From Dehalococcoidia bacterium (lineage in GTDB: Bacteria > Chloroflexota > Dehalococcoidia > Lucifugimonadales > UBA3495): DNA of 64,000 nt. Made by a program: the position numbers and the translations under genes. Below the pieces are notes generated by a model. The model had not been told where the DNA came from. It saw nothing but the letters and a program-made list of their open reading frames with translations, and did not search any database. This document shows, piece by piece, positions 25,917 to 33,693 of this stretch. The stretch is from contig DAOULB010000002.1 in NCBI GenBank assembly GCA_034420695.1, positions 151,644 to 215,643 on the forward strand. The letters run 5' to 3'. Each line of letters starts with the position of its first letter. Positions within the stretch are counted from its first letter, which is position 1.

Positions 25917-27656
25917 TTGAATAGAGCATTGACGCTGCTGGTGATAGCGGCGGTGGTCATGGGAATAGCTGGGCTGGTGGTGGTAGGTACAGTGGCCGCT
26001 TCCCAGCATCCGGAGAGGACTTTCTCCCCTGCGTCAGTGGCTCCGGGCGGTGAGGTGGAAGTGACCTTGACGCGCACTGGCTTGGGTGCCGGTGTGGGCC
26101 AGGTCAGGGAGACCCTGCCGGCAGGCTTCACCTATGTAGCCGGCTCGGTGGCGGTTGCCGACGCGGCCCCCGCTCCCCGCGCTGGGGTAAGCGTGGACGC
26201 AAGGACCACCCAAGGCCAAGTGGTTAGCTTCAACGTGGCCGTGGCGGATTCTATCAAGTACAAGGTGATGGTGGCAGACTCCGTTGCGGACGGGCCCCAT
26301 GAATTCACCGGCCAAGTCTTGGGCTTGGCTGGCCAACAGGACATCGCTGCCAACTCGGTTACTGTGGCAACCGGTGCCACTCCGGACCCCTCGCCCTCGC
26401 CTTCCCCATCGCCTTCTCCCACCACACCGGCAGCCGGGCTGAATAGGTCCTTCTCGGCGGCCTCGGTTCGCCCGGGTGCCCGGGTTGAAGTGACTATCAG
26501 CGGAATTGGCGCCGCCAATGGGGTTGCCCAAGTGGTTGAGACCCTGCCCGGCGGATTCAGTTATGTTCACGGCTCGGCGGCCGTCGCCGACGCCAGTCCG
26601 GCTTCCCGTTCTGGAGTAACCGGTACGGTGGATAGCCAGAATTCCCAGATTGTGAGGTTCGACCTCGTAGCGGCTGACTCTATCAAGTACCGGGTCGACG
26701 TGGACTCCGGCGCCGCGGAGCAGTCCTACACTTTCTCCGGCGGCATTGTTAAGAGCCTTACCGGCTCCGATGAGTCTATTCCCGACAGCTCAATAACGGT
26801 AAGTGCCACCGCCGGGTTGCAACCCACTGGGGCGGTGCGCTCCTTCAACCCTGCGACCATCCCTGTGGCGGCTGCGCCGGGAGCCAATGTGACCGTAACA
26901 ATCACAGGGCTGGGAATTCCCAGCGGAGTGGGGCAGGTGTTAGAGACCCTGCCGGACGGGTTCAGCTTTGTCGACGAGTCGGAAATGATTGCCGACGCTA
27001 ACCCTTCAGACAGGTCGGCGATCTTGGCCACAGTGGACGGCCAGGTTGTTACCTTCGACATCATCGCCGCCAATTCGGTGAGTTACCAAGTGGAAATTGG
27101 CGCCGACATTCAACCCGGTACCCACACTTTCCGGGGCGTCTTGAAAGAACTGACCTCCGAGGGAGCGATCGAGGCGACTTCCGTGAGAGTGGACGCGCCT
27201 CCCCCGCCCCCAACGCGGGTCCGCCGCAGCGGCGGTGGTGGCGGCTTCCGCTACATTCCGCCCCCGGAAACCCCCACCCCCGCGCCCACGGCAACGCCGC
27301 GGCCGACGGCCACCATGGCCCCGCCCACGCCGGTGCCCACCCTCTCCGCCATGGAAATGGAAGCGGTCAAGGGCGACAAGGGTGACCAAGGTGACCCCGG
27401 CGACCAAGGCGACAAGGGAGCCAAGGGCGACAGGGGTGACACCGGAGCCAAGGGCCCGACCGGCGACGCCGGCGCAGCGGGCGCAGATGGGGCCCCCGGC
27501 GCAGCCGGCGCCAAGGGCGACGCCGGAGACGCTGGACGCGCCGGTGGAGCTGGACCCGACGGCGGCGGCAGTCCCCTGGGACTCATCGCCTTCATCCTGG
27601 CCGTGGTCGCAGTGCTCGGAGCCGGCGGAGTCTTCCTGGCGCGGCGCGGCGGCTAG
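25917..27656 (+). CDS. Surface protein: signal/TM, three copies of a domain of about 125-140 aa, a Pro/Thr-rich linker, a collagen-like GXY repeat, Gly-Gly, a TM helix and a basic tail
   Basis: The three repeats start at R(T/S)F(S/N)P/A at 26016, 26445 and 26838. Each contains ...V(R/V/L)ETLP(A/G/D)GF(T/S)(Y/F)V... and ...(V/I)(S/R/T)F(N/D)(V/L/I)...DS(I/V)(K/S)Y(K/R/Q)V. The GXY run is KGDKGDQGDPGDQGDKGAKGDRGDTGAKGPTGDAGAAGADGAPGAAGAKGDAGDAGRAGGAGPDGG (27372-27569). The C-terminus is GSPLGLIAFILAVVAVLGAGGVFLARRGG. I chose the TTG at 25917, 7 nt after AAGGAG; the ORF-track ATG at 25887 lies inside the hairpin. Confidence 0.8.
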   Translation: MNRALTLLVIAAVVMGIAGLVVVGTVAASQHPERTFSPASVAPGGEVEVTLTRTGLGAGVGQVRETLPAGFTYVAGSVAVADAAPAPRAGVSVDARTTQGQVVSFNVAVADSIKYKVMVADSVADGPHEFTGQVLGLAGQQDIAANSVTVATGATPDPSPSPSPSPSPTTPAAGLNRSFSAASVRPGARVEVTISGIGAANGVAQVVETLPGGFSYVHGSAAVADASPASRSGVTGTVDSQNSQIVRFDLVAADSIKYRVDVDSGAAEQSYTFSGGIVKSLTGSDESIPDSSITVSATAGLQPTGAVRSFNPATIPVAAAPGANVTVTITGLGIPSGVGQVLETLPDGFSFVDESEMIADANPSDRSAILATVDGQVVTFDIIAANSVSYQVEIGADIQPGTHTFRGVLKELTSEGAIEATSVRVDAPPPPPTRVRRSGGGGGFRYIPPPETPTPAPTATPRPTATMAPPTPVPTLSAMEMEAVKGDKGDQGDPGDQGDKGAKGDRGDTGAKGPTGDAGAAGADGAPGAAGAKGDAGDAGRAGGAGPDGGGSPLGLIAFILAVVAVLGAGGVFLARRGG

Positions 27657-27687
27657 CCCGCAACCGCCAGCAACCCCAGACCCGACC

Positions 27688-27717
27688 AAGCCGGGGGCCC
27701 CAACAGGCCCCCGGTTT
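27688..27717 (+). terminator. Putative intrinsic terminator after the 589-aa surface-protein gene
   Basis: CCGGGGGCC (27691-99) pairs with GGCCCCCGG (27706-14) around a 6-nt loop. Only TTT follows. Confidence 0.5.
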
Positions 27718-28020
27718 CGCTGTAATGTTCCCGGGTAATCGACCCGGCCGGAATTCGGGCTGGTTCCCAACAATCAGTGCCACCCTCGGTGGGGTTCTTG
27801 ACCCCCGCCGGCTGTGAGAAGAAACAGGGACCCCGCGCCTCCGGCCCATGCCGGCATACCGCCTGGAAGGCCTGTATCCCCAAGCTTGTAATACTGGCGT
27901 AATACAGACCGGGCTACACTCACCCCAAGTCCGGCCCCCTGTTCCACTCCCCACGGCTGGCCCTGCCCGGAGGGAACCCCGGGGGCAAACAAAACTGGCT
28001 TATTACGGTGTCCAAACTCG

Positions 28021-28050
28021 TTGACTTGGAATTTGGCCGGATGCTAGAAA
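28021..28050 (+). promoter_or_regulatory. Sigma70-type promoter with an extended -10, similar in architecture to the promoter at 19975
   Basis: TTGACT (28021-26), an 18-nt spacer ending in TGc, then TAGAAA (28045-50). It would give a leader of about 360 nt before the ATG at 28414. Confidence 0.45.
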
Positions 28051-28413
28051 TAGTAGGCCGGAAACTATGGGCCAGATTTGATGAGCCAGGCTCTATGAAA
28101 ACGGACCTGGACCCCGGTCCCGGGCTTAAATCTAACGGAGGTTTCGGGGAACTCTCGGGGAGAGCAGGGGAATGAGGCAAATGAACGCACTGCTTAACAC
28201 TACAGTTCCGGCTTTCTTGCTCCGGGCTTTTTTGCCTCCGGTTCCCTTGTTTATGGACCCTTCGCTGGTGCCCCGGTCCCGGGAGGAGGTGCCTATGTGA
28301 GCACCGGCCAAGCCGGCTGGGCCAAGCCCGCCGCAAAGGCCCCGAAGATAGAGAACGCCAGTCCAGGTCTTCCACTTGGCCCAAGGGGGCCAGAACACAG
28401 GAGAGTAGAGTAG

Positions 28414-30744
28414 ATGAAAACTAAAATCGGAGTATCTTCCGGACTTGCCCTGACCCTGCTGGTCGGCGTCTTCGCTACCATGCTGGCCCTGGGCATGTTC
28501 AACACCAGCCCCGTGGCCGCGCAGGCAGGCCTTCCCAGCGTGGAACATATACCCACTGGAACCGGGGACGCAGCCAAGGTCACGGTGAAATTTGTGACCG
28601 CTGCCGGACTGTCCCCCGGGGACTCGATCATGATCGAGTTTGAGGACGACGTAAAAGTGCCTGACGTGTTGAATCCTAGGCACGTTACCATCGGTGCCGG
28701 TGGTGTAGGCAGCAGCGGTAACAGCTTCGTTCCAGGAACGTCAACGTCTGGAGTAGCTCTGGGCGGCAGCGTAGTAGTGGAGTTTGTGGGAACCCCGGCC
28801 GATGAGGCCCTGGTTACCATAGACGTTGGCGACATGATTCCCGGAGACACCGCCCCCGGTTTGCAGGGAATTGAGGCGGGGTCGCCGGTAACTGTTACCT
28901 TCTCACAGTCGGCGGGGATCACGAACCCCACCGAGGGTGGCACTTGGAACGTCAAGGTGTCGACCACCAATGACGCTACCATGACTAGCGCGGACGATAA
29001 CAGCTTCGACACTCTGCGCACCATCTCCTTGAGCTCCAAGGACGGTGAGCGGGGTTCCAAGGTGACCGTAACCGGCGCCGGGTTCAAGAACAGCACCACC
29101 GCAGTGGCGTGGCTGGATAAGAACAATGACCGCAACCACGACACCGGCGAGATAGAGCTGTGCAACGCCGTCGTGGCCCGGGACGACACCTTCACCTGCG
29201 ACTTCACCGTCAACCCCAACCACTTCCCCGCTGGCGTGAAGCAGTACGTTGCCGCCTCCGACGGGCGTGGCAATAAGACCGATGAGGGCCAGAGTGGTGA
29301 GTGGACCCTGAAGGGACAGGTCAAGGCAGTACCCGACGAGGCCGCCATCGGCGACGTCGTCACCCTGGAATTCCGGGACTTCCCCGCTGGTCAAACCCTC
29401 AGCAGGCTGAGGATCGGGAGTACCAATTTGCTCAACGAGATGGGCGGGTTGGCTGACAGCTTCATTCCCGGCGCCAGCAATTCCGCTACAATCACGATTC
29501 CCAATGACGTGGACTTGGGCAAGCAGTCCTTGTCCGTTGCGACTGGTTCTGGCTCCACTGGGTCGGGCACCCGCCGCGACACCGTGAACATCCTGGGCGC
29601 CCGGGTGAACGTGGTCCCTGACACCCTCGTGGCCAACCAGTCGGTGACCATCAGCGGCAGCGGCTTCACCGGACGTTCGGTTGTTAGTTCCATCTCTCTG
29701 GGTGGGACCGACATCGCTTCCGGCAAGATCGACGGCGGAGATACCGTCCAAGTCGACGACGGCGGCAACTGGACCGCCACCGTGGTCATCCCGGTGGAAG
29801 GCCCCGCTGTCACCCCTGGCACCTACGACCTGAAGGTGACCGACGACGCCAACAGGGCCGGCGTGGCCCGGGTCACCGTCAAGGGCCGGACCATCTCCTT
29901 CGAGCCCGAAGAGAGCCACATCGGCACCCCGGTGACCGTCAGCGGTGAAGGCTGGCCCGCCAGCAACTCCGCCTCCGGCGCCGACAACACCCGCATCGAG
30001 GTCGAGTACAACGTCGGCGCTTCCATCGAAGAAGACGCCACCGTCACCGCCGATGCCGACGGCCGTTTCTCGGTGCAGCTGACCGTCCCCAGGGGCGCCA
30101 GCATACCCTCCACCAACCGGGTGGACGTGTGGTTCACCGCAACGGATAACAGCCGGGTCACCGAGACGGTGTCCCACCGGGTGCCCAGCGCATCCATAGC
30201 CATCAGCCCCACCAGCGGCCCCGGTGGCACCACCATCACCCTGACCGGCGGCGGCTTCAAGGGCTTCACCGGCTTGGAAAGCCTGCAGGTCAGCGGGCTG
30301 AACGTTACCCCCAGCCCGGGCAACCCCAACACCGACCGGGACGGCAACCTGCCCGAAATGACCGTCTTGATCCCCGGACTGGATCCCGGAACCGCTTCGG
30401 TGCGGATTAACGTCGGCGGCACCGTCGCCAGCGCCCCCTTCACCGTAACCTCCGGGGCAGTCGGTCCCAGCATGATGATGAAGACCGAGGACGCACCGGT
30501 CGAAGAGTTCCTTAAGGACCTCATCGACAACCAGGTGGAAGGCCAGCCCAACTTGGTGGACGCCTACTACCTTGACGAATCAACCCAGACCTACCAGTCC
30601 TTCGTGACCGACCCGGCCTTCGCCGCCTTCAACACCCTGACTACGGTCAACAGCGGCGACGTGCTGAACGTCCGCATCCGTGCGGCGCAGACCTTCCTGG
30701 GCAAGGACCGGCCCGGTCCCTGGACCAACGTGGTAGTACCCTAA
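28414..30744 (+). CDS. Secreted surface protein (776 aa) with several IPT/TIG-like Ig-fold repeats
   Basis: It has a signal peptide (MKTKIGVSSGLALTLLVGVFATMLALGMF...AAQA). It also has recurring G(S/T).VT(V/I)(T/S)G.GF motifs: GSKVTVTGAGFKN, NQSVTISGSGFTG, GTPVTVSGEGWPA and GGTTITLTGGGFKG. The RBS GGAGAG lies upstream. Confidence 0.8.
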   Translation: MKTKIGVSSGLALTLLVGVFATMLALGMFNTSPVAAQAGLPSVEHIPTGTGDAAKVTVKFVTAAGLSPGDSIMIEFEDDVKVPDVLNPRHVTIGAGGVGSSGNSFVPGTSTSGVALGGSVVVEFVGTPADEALVTIDVGDMIPGDTAPGLQGIEAGSPVTVTFSQSAGITNPTEGGTWNVKVSTTNDATMTSADDNSFDTLRTISLSSKDGERGSKVTVTGAGFKNSTTAVAWLDKNNDRNHDTGEIELCNAVVARDDTFTCDFTVNPNHFPAGVKQYVAASDGRGNKTDEGQSGEWTLKGQVKAVPDEAAIGDVVTLEFRDFPAGQTLSRLRIGSTNLLNEMGGLADSFIPGASNSATITIPNDVDLGKQSLSVATGSGSTGSGTRRDTVNILGARVNVVPDTLVANQSVTISGSGFTGRSVVSSISLGGTDIASGKIDGGDTVQVDDGGNWTATVVIPVEGPAVTPGTYDLKVTDDANRAGVARVTVKGRTISFEPEESHIGTPVTVSGEGWPASNSASGADNTRIEVEYNVGASIEEDATVTADADGRFSVQLTVPRGASIPSTNRVDVWFTATDNSRVTETVSHRVPSASIAISPTSGPGGTTITLTGGGFKGFTGLESLQVSGLNVTPSPGNPNTDRDGNLPEMTVLIPGLDPGTASVRINVGGTVASAPFTVTSGAVGPSMMMKTEDAPVEEFLKDLIDNQVEGQPNLVDAYYLDESTQTYQSFVTDPAFAAFNTLTTVNSGDVLNVRIRAAQTFLGKDRPGPWTNVVVP

Positions 30745-30878
30745 ATGGCCGCAAGCCAAGAGCTTAAACCCGGGGCCGCCCCCTCTCCCGGATTCCCCGT
30801 AGAAACGGAAGAAGGAAGAACGGAAGGGCGGCCCCGGCAGCCCACCCCCGGATCCCACCCCAGGATAAGGAGAATTAG

Positions 30879-31613
30879 ATGAAAAAGGTCAGAATACTAG
30901 CCTTGGCGGCCGTAGCGGCCCTGCTGCTGCTGTTCCCGGCAGTGGTATCGGCCCAGCCGGCGCCGCCCCACCTGACCAACCTGATGGTCAGCTTGGACGG
31001 CAACCCGGCCCCCGACGGCACCGAGGTAAAGGTGATGGTTGACGGGGCCATGGTCCAGGTCCAGGTCGGGGCCGAGATGATGGACTCGGTTATGACCAAG
31101 GGAGGCATGGTGGCCCTCGCCATTCCCGGCGATGCCGCTACCTCCGGCAAGACTATTAGCTTCATGATCAACGGAATGGACGCCGCCGAGACCGACAACT
31201 GGGAGCGGGGCGGTCACGTTGACAAGAACTTCTCCATCTCGGCCATGGGCGCCATGATGCCCAAGCCCGATGAAAAGCCCGCCATGACCGATGAAGAAAA
31301 GATGATGGCCATGAAGGGCGAGAAGGGAGACAAGGGCGACCAAGGCGAAAAGGGCGACACAGGACCTAAGGGCGACAAGGGCGACACTGGTGGCGCTGGC
31401 CCCAAGGGCGACACCGGTCCCGCCGGAGCCGACGGCGCCCCCGGCGCTCCCGGTGAAAAAGGCGACAAGGGCGACGCCGGAGCCCCAGGCCAGACCGGCC
31501 CTGCCGGAGCCGACGGCGGCGGCGGAGCCTTGGGCCTGGTTGCTCTCATCCTGGCAATCGTTGCCCTCGTGGGCGTAGCTGGCGCTTTCGTAATGGGCCG
31601 CTCCGGCTCATAA
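30879..31613 (+). CDS. Small surface protein (244 aa): signal peptide, a domain of about 95 aa, a Met-rich linker, a collagen-like GXY repeat, Gly-Gly, a TM helix and a basic tail
   Basis: The signal is MKKVRILALAAVAALLLLFPAVVSAQP. The GXY run is KGEKGDKGDQGEKGDTGPKGDKGDTGGAGPKGDTGPAGADGAPGAPGEKGDKGDAGAPGQTGPAGADGG (31317-31527). The C-terminus is GGALGLVALILAIVALVGVAGAFVMGRSGS. The RBS AAGGAG is 6 nt upstream. Confidence 0.85.
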   Translation: MKKVRILALAAVAALLLLFPAVVSAQPAPPHLTNLMVSLDGNPAPDGTEVKVMVDGAMVQVQVGAEMMDSVMTKGGMVALAIPGDAATSGKTISFMINGMDAAETDNWERGGHVDKNFSISAMGAMMPKPDEKPAMTDEEKMMAMKGEKGDKGDQGEKGDTGPKGDKGDTGGAGPKGDTGPAGADGAPGAPGEKGDKGDAGAPGQTGPAGADGGGGALGLVALILAIVALVGVAGAFVMGRSGS

Positions 31614-31678
31614 CCACCGCTGCCCCCACACCGGTTGCCGGCCAAGGGCCGGTAACCCCGCAACCCACGGAACCCCAA

Positions 31679-31713
31679 GAAGCCCCGGGTCAAACCCCGG
31701 GGCTTCCCCTTTT
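31679..31713 (+). terminator. Intrinsic terminator closing the surface-protein cluster
   Basis: GAAGCCCCGG (31679-88) pairs with CCGGGGCTTC (31697-706) as 10 bp, followed by CCCTTTTG. A second 11-bp hairpin without a T-tract lies at 31632-31656. Confidence 0.7.
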
Positions 31714-31824
31714 GTTAGGGCTGCGCGAAACCCGGCCCAAACCCGGACCGGTGCTGGCAAGAAGAGGCGTAAGGACGTAAGGGCGGTTGAACCGGCGGAG
31801 AAGAGGAGCGGCGTTGTGAGGTCC

Positions 31825-32607
31825 CTACGCCGCCCGGGCGGTGGGGCTGAGCACCACCACCCGCCGGTCGGTCGGCAGGTTGTTCTGGGTGACCACCAGC
31901 CGGGGTTGCGGCTGGACCTCGTCGAGCCCCATGCGCCGGAGGAACAGGTCCAAGGAGTAGATAGGTCGGTCGGAGGGCTGCCCCGCCCCGGCCCCGGAGC
32001 CCGCGCCGTCAGCATCCCCGGCCCCCGGCTCTGCCCCGGCAGGTTGTGCGGCAGGTTGTCCCGCTGGTCCCTCCTGCCCTTCACCGCCGCCGGCTGGCGC
32101 TGCAGCGGTCGTTGCTGCGGGCAGGTGGTGCATGGGTATAACTATCTTCGGGTCCAAGTCCTGCATCGCCTGGATGGCCTGGTCCAAGTCCAAGGTGGAT
32201 CCCCCGCCGGTGGGCAACAGGAGCACGTCAACCGGGGAAAGTTCGTCCACCAGCCGGGTGGTCAGCGGAACGGAAATATCACCCAAGTGGCAGATGTTCA
32301 CCCGGTCCATCTCGATGGAATAAGCGACGGTCCGGCTTTCCGGGGAAGCGCCGGGCGGCAGCGGTGTCATGACTCCCCGCACCGACACTCCGGAATATTC
32401 GTACTCGCCGGGGGCGTCGAATATCCGGGGGGAGCCTGCCACTTCGCCCCAGTTGCTGTGGTTGGGGTGAGCGCTGCTGACCGTCACCACGGTAGCCGGG
32501 CGGTTGTCGGGCCGTAGTCCCACCGCCAAGGGAAAGGGGTCGGTGATCACTACCAGGTCGTCGGCCCGCAGCCGAAAGCAGGAATGGCCTATCCAGGTGA
32601 TGTCCAT
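31825..32607 (-). CDS. Metallo-beta-lactamase-fold hydrolase (UPF0173-like) with a Gly/Ala/Pro-rich low-complexity insertion
   Basis: MDITWIGHSCFRLRADDLVVITDPF...SSAHPNHSN...ICHLGD...VDVLLLPTGG. I chose the ATG at 32607. The longer ORF-track version (to 33051) overlaps bioY out of frame. Confidence 0.8.
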   Translation of the reverse strand: MDITWIGHSCFRLRADDLVVITDPFPLAVGLRPDNRPATVVTVSSAHPNHSNWGEVAGSPRIFDAPGEYEYSGVSVRGVMTPLPPGASPESRTVAYSIEMDRVNICHLGDISVPLTTRLVDELSPVDVLLLPTGGGSTLDLDQAIQAMQDLDPKIVIPMHHLPAATTAAAPAGGGEGQEGPAGQPAAQPAGAEPGAGDADGAGSGAGAGQPSDRPIYSLDLFLRRMGLDEVQPQPRLVVTQNNLPTDRRVVVLSPTARAA

Positions 32608-33263
32608 GAGTCTCCACCGCCCCTCCGCCGCTCCAGCAGCCCCCAGGCGGTGGGCACTATCAGCGACGCCAAATAGAGTTTGACCAAGTCTCCCACGATG
32701 AATGGGTACAGGCCGTACTCGAAGACCTTGTCGCCGGGTACGAAAAGAGAAAGCTGCAGCAGGCCGGGCAGGTACAGCATCACGTTGCCGGCCAGCATTG
32801 CCACTATGATCCAAGGCTTGCGGTCCCAGCCCCGCTCGCAGAGCCAGCCAACGATGAACGCGGCGGGGATGAAGCCGATGAGATAGCCGCCCGAGGCCAG
32901 GTCCCAGAAGAGCCCCGCCGAACCCGAGGTGAATCCGAATACGGCGCTGCCGGCGGTGAGCTGCCAGAGGTAGTCGCCGCTGCCCCCGGCATAGACCGGG
33001 AACTGCATCCCCTCCAGCAGGTACAGCGTGAGTGCGGCGGCGCCCCGCCAACTGCCCAAGACGGCGCCGGTGAGCAGCACGCCCAGGGTCTGGCCGGTGA
33101 TGGGCACGGGAGTGAATGGCAGGTGGATGGAGATGCGGGCCAGCAGGACCATGAACAGGCTGAAGAAGATAATCAGCAGCACGTCCCGGGCCAGCCGGCG
33201 GGTTGGGTCGTCCACCGGCAGGAGGGCTTCAACGAAAGGAGTTGCAGTTGAGCGTTGGAACAA
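32589..33263 (-). CDS. bioY: Biotin transporter BioY (ECF S-component)
   Basis: ...ARISIHLPFTPVPITGQTLGVLLTGAVLGSWRGAAALTLYLLEG... is the BioY signature, with multiple TM helices. The start is TTG. The 3' end overlaps the next gene by 19 nt. Confidence 0.88.
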   Translation of the reverse strand: MFQRSTATPFVEALLPVDDPTRRLARDVLLIIFFSLFMVLLARISIHLPFTPVPITGQTLGVLLTGAVLGSWRGAAALTLYLLEGMQFPVYAGGSGDYLWQLTAGSAVFGFTSGSAGLFWDLASGGYLIGFIPAAFIVGWLCERGWDRKPWIIVAMLAGNVMLYLPGLLQLSLFVPGDKVFEYGLYPFIVGDLVKLYLASLIVPTAWGLLERRRGGGDSWTSPG

Positions 33264-33326
33264 GTTAGTTTTCGTGTGGTCTGCGTATAGGTATAGCCGG
33301 AAAGCTGCGATGGACCGGACCGGCCG

Positions 33327-33635
33327 TCAGTTGCCCAGCGGCCTAACCAAGGAAGTAACCAGGGTGGCCAAGGTAGTGCCCAAGAGGCCCATGCCCAGCC
33401 ATATCAGCTTGTCGACCTTAGCCTCCACCCGGTCAATCCGGGAATTGAGTTGGTCGTCCAGGCGATCCACCCGGGCGTTGAGCTGGCGCTGGCCCTCCAT
33501 CAACTCACCTAAGGTCTGGGCGGTATTTATCGCCGATTCGGATGCTATGTACTTTACCCCTGGCGCAAAGGCCACCGGATATGCGGCCACGTATGCCTGC
33601 CAAAATTGTACTATACCCAAGGGGTCGTTTGACAC
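33327..33635 (-). CDS. Tail-anchored coiled-coil protein, distant member of the 16934-18137 family
   Basis: ...MEGQRQLNARVDRLDDQLNSRIDRVEAKVDKL is followed by a single C-terminal TM helix, IWLGMGLLGTTLATLVTSLV. The true start may be the internal ATG at 33500, giving 57 aa. Confidence 0.55.
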   Translation of the reverse strand: MSNDPLGIVQFWQAYVAAYPVAFAPGVKYIASESAINTAQTLGELMEGQRQLNARVDRLDDQLNSRIDRVEAKVDKLIWLGMGLLGTTLATLVTSLVRPLGN

Positions 33636-33693
33636 CTCTTTTGAGCCCGTGGTACGTTGCCTTTACGAGTGCCCCGGATGGCCTTTCTCAGGT

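Noticed and set aside
20782-25929. Very long minus-strand ORFs (547 aa at 20782..22425 and 997 aa at 22936..25929) antisense to the cadherin-repeat gene
   Set aside because: These are typical high-GC antisense shadow ORFs. They have Gly/Val/Arg/His-rich low-complexity translations with no motifs, and they lie entirely within a strongly supported plus-strand CDS.
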